32,000 bases of DNA from Candidatus Helarchaeota ASGARD archaeon Hel_GB_B. Lineage in GTDB: Archaea; Asgardarchaeota; Lokiarchaeia; Helarchaeales; HEL-GB-B. Of the stretch, positions 19,850 through 28,609 are shown one piece after another; the stretch's first letter is position 1; each line of letters starts with the position of its first letter. The position numbers and the translations under genes were made by a program. The stretch spans positions 984-32,983 of the forward strand of contig SUPR01000035.1 in the NCBI GenBank assembly GCA_005191425.1, read 5' to 3'. The notes under the pieces were generated by a model that saw only the letters and a list, made by a program, of their open reading frames with translations, was not told the DNA's origin and did no database searches.

Positions 19850-20629
19850 TCAGACCATCCCTAATAAACCTTTCAGACCACTAAATGACACGTTTTTCAA
19901 CCCTAATATTTTCGGGCCTCCTGGACAAGAATAAATCTCGACCCCGGTCTTCTTAATTATTTCTGAAATAAGAAACTCTGCAAACCTTAATTTTATTATT
20001 TTATTCCTCCCTGCTGGGTGCACTCCTAACCCTGGCTTAGAGTACTCTCCTACCTCCTCCCCAAAATCGAACCCGAATAATATTACTCTTCTAGCTTTAA
20101 ATTTAGCGGCTAAAAAAACACACCTATCACCATCCGTGAAACCGCCATAATTTATTAAGTTTTCAAGTGCCCTCGTCTGGACACTCCCTAATATTTGTCC
20201 CCTAAACCTAGGCGTATACTTCTCAATCAAATGCATATTATCTCCATGTGCATGAATTATTGTAATCGTCCCCCCTTCGTTTGCTTTCATAATATCCTCG
20301 ATATTACCGTCTAGATCTGAACAATTTAAGTGACAACGAATTTTAAAACTAATTAGACCAGAAATGGCACCATCTGCCGCAATATTCGTCCCTTTAAGCC
20401 CGATTTTTTTCAACGCACTCAATGAACTTTTTAACGAAGGGCCACACCCATAAATAAAAACAGTTCTATTCCGAATCAGACCTTCTAACTTTTTTTCCAT
20501 TAATTTAACGTTTACTCTACCCTCTAATAATTTATTTAGCAACCTAGCTGACCTTTCATCATCAGCCTCACTTATTCCCAATTTTTCCTTGATTATTTCA
20601 TAATAACTCTTCCATTCTTTCCATTCCAT
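19850..20629 (-). CDS. mptE: 6-hydroxymethyl-7,8-dihydropterin pyrophosphokinase (DUF115 family)
   Basis: 'IYGCGPSL', 'AADGA', 'SDLDG', 'HAHGDN', 'YGGFTDGDRCVFLA', 'GFDFG', 'KIIKLRFA'. Confidence 0.9.
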   Translation of the reverse strand: MEWKEWKSYYEIIKEKLGISEADDERSARLLNKLLEGRVNVKLMEKKLEGLIRNRTVFIYGCGPSLKSSLSALKKIGLKGTNIAADGAISGLISFKIRCHLNCSDLDGNIEDIMKANEGGTITIIHAHGDNMHLIEKYTPRFRGQILGSVQTRALENLINYGGFTDGDRCVFLAAKFKARRVILFGFDFGEEVGEYSKPGLGVHPAGRNKIIKLRFAEFLISEIIKKTGVEIYSCPGGPKILGLKNVSFSGLKGLLGMV

Positions 20630-20795
20630 TCAAAATAACCTTTTATTTTTTTTCCTAACACTAAGCAAATTTCCATATTTTTCAAAGTTAATCCGTTATT
20701 TCATTTGTTAAAATTAAATTTATAAATAAATTTTTGCTAGAGTTAATTACTTTCAATCAAACAAAAATAAAGAAATTTTAAGGAGTTTGTTAACA

Positions 20796-21239
20796 ATGAA
20801 TTTTAAAAAAGGCGATAAGGAATATTACCTACCTGACGATTTGAAATATGTAAAATCACACCAATGGGCACGAGTAGAAGGTGATATAGTCGTAGTAGGA
20901 ATTACCGATTATGCACAAAAAACATTAAAAGAAGTCATTTTTGTTGAATATAGTCAAGATGTCGGAGATACGACTGAAGCAGTTCAATTCGATGGTGATG
21001 AACCTACAACTGAACCATACGGCTCTGTAGAGAGCACAAAAGGTGTAAGTCTCGTTTATTCTCCAGTTAGTGGCGAAATCGTTGAGAAAAATGAAGCATT
21101 GGAAGACGACCCTGAACCAATTAACAGCGACTGCTATGGAGAAGGTTGGATGATTAAAGTAAAACCTTCTAACTTAGACGCTGATTTAGCTAACGCGCAA
21201 TCTGCTGAAGAGCATGCCGAATGGCTAAAAACTCTTTAA
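20796..21239 (+). CDS. gcvH: Glycine cleavage system H protein (lipoyl carrier)
   Basis: 'YVKSHQWAR', 'VGITDYAQ', lipoyl-Lys motif 'GSVESTKGVSLVYSPVSG', 'INSDCYGEGWMIK'. ATG 20796 lies 10 nt after AGGAG (20781-20785) and is preferred to TTG 20787. Confidence 0.93.
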   Translation: MNFKKGDKEYYLPDDLKYVKSHQWARVEGDIVVVGITDYAQKTLKEVIFVEYSQDVGDTTEAVQFDGDEPTTEPYGSVESTKGVSLVYSPVSGEIVEKNEALEDDPEPINSDCYGEGWMIKVKPSNLDADLANAQSAEEHAEWLKTL

Positions 21240-21270
21240 TTCATTTTTTTTCTTAATAAATTTTTTATAT
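21240..21270 (+). terminator. Oligo-T terminator candidate after gcvH
   Basis: 'ttcattttttttcttaataaattttttatat', a T8 run right after the stop. Confidence 0.35.
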
Positions 21271-21300
21271 TTATTAAAAATTCAATGGTTAATATCAAAA

Positions 21301-22422
21301 TTGTCTGAAAAGAAATTAGGTTTTATCATCAATCCATATGCCGGAATGGGAGGAGCCGTAGGACTAAAAGGGACTGATGGAGAACAAATTTTAAAAAAGG
21401 CTATTGAATTAGGTGCAAAACCTATTTCTCATCTTCGCGCAATTGAAATGTTAAATGAATTGAGTGCCATTAAAGAGAAATTGGAAATTCTTACTTACCC
21501 ATTTGAGATGGGCGCCGATGTCTTAAAAAAGCTGGGTTTTAATTATAGCGTAATTGGCGAAATAACTCGAGGAAAAACTACAGCTATGGACACTATTAAT
21601 GCGGCTCGAAAAATGGAGGAAATGGGCATCAAGTTAATCATATTTTTTGGCGGCGATGGAACCGCTCAGGACATTTTAAAAGCAGTAGCTCAAAAAGTAC
21701 CCGTATTAGGGGTACCTACTGGGGTAAAAATCCATTCCTCTTGTTTTGCTATTAATCCAAAAAATGCCGCTCAAATCACAATTAGGTTTCTGTGGGACGA
21801 ACTACCTCTACATGAAGCAGAAGTAATGGACGTTGATGAAGAGGCGTTTAGAGAAGGCGTGTTGTCCACCGAATTAAAAGGTTATCTAATGGTACCTTAT
21901 GAACCTTCTCTCCTACAAGAAAGTAAAATGGCGACTCCAACTTCAATTGACGAACGGGAAAACCAGATCAGAGCTGCTCGTCATATTATTCATCATTTTG
22001 AAAACGATTATTATTATATTTTAGGACCTGGCTCTACCGTCAAAACTATTTGCGATGTGCTTGGAGTTGATAAATCATTATTGGGCGTAGATATTATTTA
22101 TCAAAATAAATTGATCGCAAAAGATGTAAATGAAGATGATTTATTAAAAATTATCAATAATAATAAAGCAAAAATAATTGTTTCTCCTATCGGAAGGCAA
22201 GGTATAGTCTTAGGTCGCGGTAATCTCCAAATAAGTCCTAAAGTCCTGAGAAAAGTGGGCAAAGAAAATTTGATCATTGTCGCCACCCATTATAAGCTCT
22301 CAAACCTGCCTAAAGGGCACATGGTAGTAGACACTCGAGACCCTAACTTGGACTCCGAATTACGTGGATACGTCAGAGTTATCGTCGATACAAATGAAAT
22401 AAGGATCATAAAAATTGAATAA
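21301..22422 (+). CDS. ATP-NAD/acetoin kinase family protein (COG3199-like)
   Basis: 'INPYAGMGGAVGLKGTDG', 'GGDGTAQD', 'GVPTGVKIHSSCFA', 'GPGST', 'SPIGRQGIVLGRGNLQIS'. Confidence 0.88.
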   Translation: MSEKKLGFIINPYAGMGGAVGLKGTDGEQILKKAIELGAKPISHLRAIEMLNELSAIKEKLEILTYPFEMGADVLKKLGFNYSVIGEITRGKTTAMDTINAARKMEEMGIKLIIFFGGDGTAQDILKAVAQKVPVLGVPTGVKIHSSCFAINPKNAAQITIRFLWDELPLHEAEVMDVDEEAFREGVLSTELKGYLMVPYEPSLLQESKMATPTSIDERENQIRAARHIIHHFENDYYYILGPGSTVKTICDVLGVDKSLLGVDIIYQNKLIAKDVNEDDLLKIINNNKAKIIVSPIGRQGIVLGRGNLQISPKVLRKVGKENLIIVATHYKLSNLPKGHMVVDTRDPNLDSELRGYVRVIVDTNEIRIIKIE

Positions 22423-22499
22423 AAAATAATTTAGACCAATTTAATTATTTTCTATCACTGACATTTAGTATTTACCCTAAAATCTATTTTTTTGCAAAT

Positions 22500-22534
22500 A
22501 TTTATACCCTTCATATTTTATTGAGGGTATAAAT
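22500..22534. repeat. Perfect 11-bp inverted repeat with 13-nt spacer
   Basis: ATTTATACCCT (22500-22510) and AGGGTATAAAT (22524-22534), in the intergenic region after the NAD-kinase-like gene. Confidence 0.6.
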
Positions 22535-23051
22535 TGATCCAAGATATCCCTAATTATATGGTAAAATAATGTGCCTATCATAATAAGACCAATATGCCAT
22601 GACAAAATAAAAAATGACCCAAATTCTAAAATATGTTAGGCACCATTTCCATTATTTTAATTGAAAATAAATTATTTTATTACATTTTGGTATTAAATTC
22701 AAGTTGGACAAAATTTGCATTAGTCCTCTCTTTTAATGTATTTGTGTAAAAAAAGCTCAACTCTAAATTCAAAACGAGATTTATGATTATTTTAAAATTC
22801 TTCGAAAATTGAGAATGGACAAATTTTAAAAATCTTCATAAGTCGTGGGTAAATTAATTATTTTTGTTATCTTATTTTTTAAGTTTTATTAGTCCGTTCT
22901 ATTTAATTACATTTGAAAGTTTTTTATAAAATTCTAATTTACTGTCCTTTTTATCTTATCTTTAATCTTCAATTCATTAGCACCATAACTTTTTTTAAGT
23001 AGAATTCTTTATTCCAAAACTTAGACTTATTAATTAGGATGTGACTTTTTA

Positions 23052-26000
23052 TTGTCAGTATTTGAAAGGATGAAGAGGTCTTTAAGTAAGGTATTCCATA
23101 AACCTACAATTACAATCGATAAAACTAACATTTTACTTTATATTACACTTATCCTTGTTTTTATTATATCACTTATTATTAGGTTAATGCCATTATTTTA
23201 CACTGATGCTGAGATTCATGCTTTAGACCCATTTGTACAATACAGGTCTGCAAGATATATTTTAAATAATGGCTTTTTTAGCTTTATGAATTGGTATGAT
23301 GACCAATCTTGGTATCCTTATGGTAAATATATGGGGGGCTCGATATTTCCGGGCACTCCTCTTTCCGGGATTACTACTTTTTATTTTTTGAATTTCATTG
23401 GTATCCCTGTCAGCTTCTTAGAGGCATGCGCAGTTACACCTGCGATAATGGGTGCTGTGACTTGTTTAATGATGTATTTTTTAGGGAAAGTACTTGCTAA
23501 TAAAAAGGTCGGTCTGATGGCTGCCTTTTTCATGATGGTATTACCTGGCCATATCCAGCGTTCTTATTGTGGTTTTTTTGATAACGAAGCTCTTGGAATT
23601 CTTGCAATAGTGGCGACCTTAACTTTTTTCGTTCATTCCTTGAAAAAAGGGTCTATCTTTACCGGGATACTGGCTGGGATTAGTTTAGGTGTCTTATCGA
23701 GCACCTGGGGTTCTTGGAATTATATGTATGCTTTATTGTCGTTAACTGCATTTCTTTTAGTACTTATAAATAAATATTCGACAAGATTACTTGTAAGTTT
23801 TGGTCTGACCGTTGGAATTGGGTGGATAATGTGTACGGTTGTACCAAGAAATGGGCTCGATGCATTTACAGGCTCCTATGCCCTAATTTCCTTAAGTATA
23901 TTAGCGCTCCTATTCTTTATTGAACTATGGGGGCGGTTTAAAAGGTCTAATTTTTATTTCTTTAAAAATATTAGTGAAATGTTTAATTGGAAAAGAGTTC
24001 TGATCTATTCAGGAGTTGCAATTTTAACGATTGTAATAATTTTTGTTTCCACTGGAATACTTCAATATATCCTTACAGCATTTGTTAACACAAGTTTCTT
24101 TAAAGGTCTGGGGAATAGGGTCATTGCTATAATAAACCCATTATATGTCTCTCAAGCGACTAGGTCTGTTGCAGAACACATTCCATCTGCTTGGGGTGTC
24201 TATTATTTCAACTTCAGTTTCTTTCTCCTATTGATGCCTGTTGGTATTTTCTTTTTATTTAAACGGTTTCGTGAAGAAGATGTTTTAATGATCTTGTTTG
24301 GGGTCACAATGGTCTATTTTTCAAGTTCTTATATTCGACTTCAACTTCTACTAGCCCCAGCAATTTCGATAATTGGAGCTTTTGGGCTTGTATTTCTTTT
24401 TAGACCTTTTTCTCTCATATTTAAAGAAAAATTTATTATCGGAAGGAGAAAAAAGAGATTGTCCAAAATTGTAGGAAAAGAAATCGGGTTTGGAGTGATG
24501 GCATTCTTTATTTGGATGCTATTATACCCTACAATGCATGGCATTTGGAATGGTTATGCAAATATTGGTCGAACACCTGGTATGCCTGACGACATGAAGG
24601 AAGGATATACTTGGATGCGTACTGTATTACCTCAAGGAACTGTAGTTATGTCTTGGTGGGACTATGGATATAGGATCACGACCATGGGTGAAAAAGTAAC
24701 TGTAGACGATAATGCAACAAGTAATTCAACTCAAATGGGTATGGTAGGTAGGATGTTTATGTCAACTGATGAAACTACTGCTGTAGAAATATGTAGAAAG
24801 TATAACGTAAGTTATGTCATGGTACGCTGGGGTTATTATCAGAGTTATCTTGCTGGAGATGATGGAAAGTGGCAGTGGATGTTACGAATAGCTTCACAGA
24901 CGTTAAAAAACACTAAATATAAAATTAATGTTAGTAGCATTTGGAGTGAAGATGAATATAAAGTAACTGGAAACTTCTTTAAGACAATTTTGTGGAAAAT
25001 GCTGATTACTAATGAACCTTACATTGATGCCACAAAGACTTATTCAACAGCCCAAGGAGGTTCAATATCCGGGGCTGATATAATCAATAGTAAAGGTGGC
25101 TTCTACAAGCCATTATGGACAAGATTAGCAAACCCAAATAATAATGAGCAATTTAAGACAGTAGAGGGTCATAATTGGGATTATTATAACCCAATACCTA
25201 TGGGTACAAAGACGAGCCTACCTCTTGACGCCTCAACGACAATCGTAGATGTAGATACTTTCCCAGGAGACGGGGATTCCAATGATATGTTGAAGTTTTT
25301 CGATACAGCATTTTTTTCTAAATATAGGTTAATGAAAGTATATCGTGTGAATTATGATAAAGCGGACTTAAGATTTGATATATCGGATTTAAGATTATAT
25401 AACAATAGCATAGCATATATAAGAATAAATAATACTGGTAAAAGGATATTTGACATAGATTCTATAAAAATCAATTCAATGGAACCTACATATAAATTTA
25501 AAATAGGTGGTAATGGAACAGCGGATTTAAAAAATATATATCCAGGAAAATTCATAGATATACGTGCTTCAGAGTTTAGTACTATTGAGTACAACCAGTC
25601 TTATGATGTTGAAATAGTGATAAAAGATTCTTCAATATCTTCAAATACCCTGACAAAGACTGAAGAAATTAATGCAGAGAAAGCATTGAATTATAATATG
25701 TCTGTGCCCGAGTCTAAAGTATATTTATTTAGTAATAATACAATTGGTTTTATAGTAAAAAATACGGGTGAGGATTACTTTAGGTTGCATGGACTAACGC
25801 TTGATTCTTATGTAGCAAGTGGTTTTATTTCAAATGCTACTTCGATAGTAGTAGCGCCTGGTGAAACTCAGAAAATATATATAGACTCAACATCAATGAG
25901 TCCGTCCTTAAATTTAAATTTGGGCGATTTCTACAATAAAATGACAATAACAACAGATACTCCCAGTAATTTAAGTGTTGAAATTGATAATCTCACAGTG

Positions 26001-27974
26001 ATTTCGGGTTCTTATTGTGGTAATATCCAAAACGTTTCTGTATGGGCAAATGAAACCATTAATTTCAATTTAAAGAATACTGGACTTTACAATTTTACGA
26101 TCGATCATATTAGGATAAATAATTTAATCTGGGATAATTATATAACGCCGAATCCTCACAATATGTTTTTAGCTAAAGGAGATATTCAAAGTTTTGAGTT
26201 TAAAGTGACACATGATATTTGGAATTTAAACGATTCAAATATAGTAAAAATAAATGTCTCAATAAATTTACCGGTAAATATGACGATTGACGAAGAATCC
26301 GCGAAATTATATGGTGAGTATAAAGTTGTTAATGATTGGATTAATTATAATCTAGCGGTACAGACTAAAAAAGCATATTCTAATGAATCAATATTAGTAA
26401 ATGTGACGAATTGGGGTTTGAAAACAATAGAAATTTCCGATTTTAAGGTATCAACAAATTCAACGTCCAATTGGATTGAGACCACAAATTTTACGCGAGT
26501 CCCCAATGGGCCAAATGAACTAGGAGTAAATGAATCTGCTCTATTCTTGATAAAATCTAATTTAAATTTAAATTATAGCGATTTAGTAAAAGTAAAGGTA
26601 GAAACATTTGAAGGTGCTTGGAATGAAACAAAACAGTTAGAATTTACGAGGCGGTGCGGAAATATTACTATTAGTTGGACTAAGGCATATCAAAATAATG
26701 ATACAGTATTTGTCAATTTAACAAATACTGGTGATATAAATATAACAATTAAAAATATCTATTTTAACGGTAATTTATCTGCCAGCTTTATACCGATTGA
26801 TGTCAAATATAATGAACTATCCATGTCTCACTGCACAATAATGCCTGGGCAATACCAGTTATTTAAAGCGAAAATCGAATCGAGTCAAATGTCATCAATA
26901 GTCCCAGGAGGTACTCTTATATTAAACGCTACAACATGGGAAGGTGCAACTGATGCAAAACAAGTAACATGGGAATATAACGTCTGGTTTAAGAAAATTT
27001 ATGCATATTTAAACGATACTATAAAATTAGTAGTCCAAAATATAGGGGCACAAAAAGTAACAATAAATAACTTTTATGTTAATAGCTCATTGTGCAATTG
27101 GACATTAATATCGGGAAGTTTAACTTTAGATGTTAATGATAAAGCCTCGTTCTTATTGAATACTACTTATTTGGTGAACAGTTCGATTGACTTACAATTT
27201 AGCGATTTAATAAATGTGACTGTAGTTGCTAATTATACGTCCAATTTAGATAATATTAGTTTTACTTATAACAATTTATTTGTTTTAGATACTGATTATA
27301 ATATAACAATTCTTCAATATTGGCCTAATACATATGCATTTGACAATGGTACTTTAACAGACGCTAATGACACAGTGTGTGTATCTATAATGAATACAGG
27401 AGCTTATAACATAACAATTTCTAATATTACAGTTAATGGTATCTTGCGAAACTTTTTGATAATTAGTAATTCGCCTTATAATTTTACAATCAAGCCGTAT
27501 CAAATTTTAATGGTAAGGAATTCGACTAACTTAGGGATTGACTTAAATGCGACAGAGAAAATTAAAATAAATGTTTCGACAAATGCAACGGTAGGTACAA
27601 AATTAATTTGGGACAATATTTCTGTAATTGTATGTTATACTCATTTCAACACGACATTATTGTATAAAAATAATGAATCTGTGGTGGTCAATGGGACTGT
27701 TGATACTTTATATTTAAATCTCACAAATTTTGGCAATGAATCATTAACATTGAGCCAAGGAAGTATACTTATAAATAATTCAGTGGACTTTATGTATTAT
27801 TATGGCCAGCAAGCAGGGATTTCAACTATTGTATTGAGACCTGGTGAAAATATAAAAATTAGTATTATAATTACGAACTTGGGACCATTCACTTATCCAT
27901 TACCAGAACCCGGCGATAAGGTAAAAGTCAATTTAAGCTGGAAGACAGGTGATATCTATCTTAATGTAATATAA
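23052..27974 (+). CDS. aglB: Oligosaccharyltransferase catalytic subunit STT3/AglB with ~870-aa C-terminal repeat extension
   Basis: Multi-TM N-terminal half. Motifs HALDP, WYPYG, FDNE (aa 177-179 for DNE), SVAEH (aa 372), WWDYG (aa 535; nt 24654-24668), DNAT, DDGKWQWMLRIA (aa 603). Confidence 0.95.
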   Translation: MSVFERMKRSLSKVFHKPTITIDKTNILLYITLILVFIISLIIRLMPLFYTDAEIHALDPFVQYRSARYILNNGFFSFMNWYDDQSWYPYGKYMGGSIFPGTPLSGITTFYFLNFIGIPVSFLEACAVTPAIMGAVTCLMMYFLGKVLANKKVGLMAAFFMMVLPGHIQRSYCGFFDNEALGILAIVATLTFFVHSLKKGSIFTGILAGISLGVLSSTWGSWNYMYALLSLTAFLLVLINKYSTRLLVSFGLTVGIGWIMCTVVPRNGLDAFTGSYALISLSILALLFFIELWGRFKRSNFYFFKNISEMFNWKRVLIYSGVAILTIVIIFVSTGILQYILTAFVNTSFFKGLGNRVIAIINPLYVSQATRSVAEHIPSAWGVYYFNFSFFLLLMPVGIFFLFKRFREEDVLMILFGVTMVYFSSSYIRLQLLLAPAISIIGAFGLVFLFRPFSLIFKEKFIIGRRKKRLSKIVGKEIGFGVMAFFIWMLLYPTMHGIWNGYANIGRTPGMPDDMKEGYTWMRTVLPQGTVVMSWWDYGYRITTMGEKVTVDDNATSNSTQMGMVGRMFMSTDETTAVEICRKYNVSYVMVRWGYYQSYLAGDDGKWQWMLRIASQTLKNTKYKINVSSIWSEDEYKVTGNFFKTILWKMLITNEPYIDATKTYSTAQGGSISGADIINSKGGFYKPLWTRLANPNNNEQFKTVEGHNWDYYNPIPMGTKTSLPLDASTTIVDVDTFPGDGDSNDMLKFFDTAFFSKYRLMKVYRVNYDKADLRFDISDLRLYNNSIAYIRINNTGKRIFDIDSIKINSMEPTYKFKIGGNGTADLKNIYPGKFIDIRASEFSTIEYNQSYDVEIVIKDSSISSNTLTKTEEINAEKALNYNMSVPESKVYLFSNNTIGFIVKNTGEDYFRLHGLTLDSYVASGFISNATSIVVAPGETQKIYIDSTSMSPSLNLNLGDFYNKMTITTDTPSNLSVEIDNLTVISGSYCGNIQNVSVWANETINFNLKNTGLYNFTIDHIRINNLIWDNYITPNPHNMFLAKGDIQSFEFKVTHDIWNLNDSNIVKINVSINLPVNMTIDEESAKLYGEYKVVNDWINYNLAVQTKKAYSNESILVNVTNWGLKTIEISDFKVSTNSTSNWIETTNFTRVPNGPNELGVNESALFLIKSNLNLNYSDLVKVKVETFEGAWNETKQLEFTRRCGNITISWTKAYQNNDTVFVNLTNTGDINITIKNIYFNGNLSASFIPIDVKYNELSMSHCTIMPGQYQLFKAKIESSQMSSIVPGGTLILNATTWEGATDAKQVTWEYNVWFKKIYAYLNDTIKLVVQNIGAQKVTINNFYVNSSLCNWTLISGSLTLDVNDKASFLLNTTYLVNSSIDLQFSDLINVTVVANYTSNLDNISFTYNNLFVLDTDYNITILQYWPNTYAFDNGTLTDANDTVCVSIMNTGAYNITISNITVNGILRNFLIISNSPYNFTIKPYQILMVRNSTNLGIDLNATEKIKINVSTNATVGTKLIWDNISVIVCYTHFNTTLLYKNNESVVVNGTVDTLYLNLTNFGNESLTLSQGSILINNSVDFMYYYGQQAGISTIVLRPGENIKISIIITNLGPFTYPLPEPGDKVKVNLSWKTGDIYLNVI
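25368..27971 (+). repeat. Eight tandem ~105-118-aa beta-sandwich (Ig/CARDB-like) protein repeats in AglB
   Basis: Recurring '(A)Y.N.(T/S)(I/V).(V/F).(L/V).N(T/W/I/F)G...(I/L).I..I.(I/V)N'. The N-x-G Asn falls at nt 25431, 25761, 26076, 26409, 26724, 27039, 27393 and 27726 (spacings 110, 105, 111, 105, 105, 118, 111 codons). Confidence 0.85.
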
Positions 27975-27990
27975 AAAATTCATTTTTTTT
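27975..27990 (+). terminator. Oligo-T terminator candidate after aglB
   Basis: 'aaaattcatttttttt' immediately after the TAA. Confidence 0.3.
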
Positions 27991-28148
27991 AATAAATACA
28001 AAAATTTAACTCACAAATAAAATACAAATTAAACTAAAGATATAGTCTAATTCGGGTTAAGTAACAAATATAAATAGCAGAAAATGAAGTAAATCAGATA
28101 AAAGAATAATAAATAGTATTTGACATTAAATTAATTGCGTAATAATAG

Positions 28149-28604
28149 TTATGAAATATCAAGATTGTAAAATTTTTTTAAAAGTTTTTTAATTGTTGTC
28201 ATAGCATTTTTTGCGATTTGGATGGCTTGTTCAGCATCTCTTTTTTTATAGAACTCAAGAGGTGAAATTACTCGTCTTGAGCGTAATCTAACATATCTAG
28301 TAAATGAATACTGCTCCATCAACCAATCTGTTTCCTTAATCATCTCTCTTAATTCATTTATTGTATCATTATTGACTCGCGTTATTATTTCTGAAATAAA
28401 TAGGCTTGTAGGGTCATGGTCATAGATTTGCGTTAGACCTTCTAATGCGAGTGCCGATTTCATTATTTTCTCCACGCATTGTTGGGAATCAAATACCGCT
28501 TTATGAAATCTGGACTCCCTCAGCTGCATTTCGGCAGATTTTAAATCTGATTCAGCTTCTTTTACTAATTTTATGGCAAAATCTTTTAATAATTCTGATG
28601 TCAA
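28149..28604 (-). CDS. HEPN domain protein (COG2250/sacsin-like)
   Basis: 'AESDLKSAEMQL..SRFHKAVFDSQQCVEKIMKSAL...HD', 'FTRY', 'DAEQAIQIA'. GAGGT upstream of the TTG start. Confidence 0.88.
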   Translation of the reverse strand: MTSELLKDFAIKLVKEAESDLKSAEMQLRESRFHKAVFDSQQCVEKIMKSALALEGLTQIYDHDPTSLFISEIITRVNNDTINELREMIKETDWLMEQYSFTRYVRLRSRRVISPLEFYKKRDAEQAIQIAKNAMTTIKKLLKKFYNLDIS

Positions 28605-28609
28605 TAATA

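Noticed and set aside
7619-22422. Possible NAD-metabolism cluster (nitrilase-family, nadA, NAD-kinase-like)
   Set aside because: The genes are separated by unrelated genes and up to 11 kb. The nitrilase lacks any evidence tying it to NAD synthesis.
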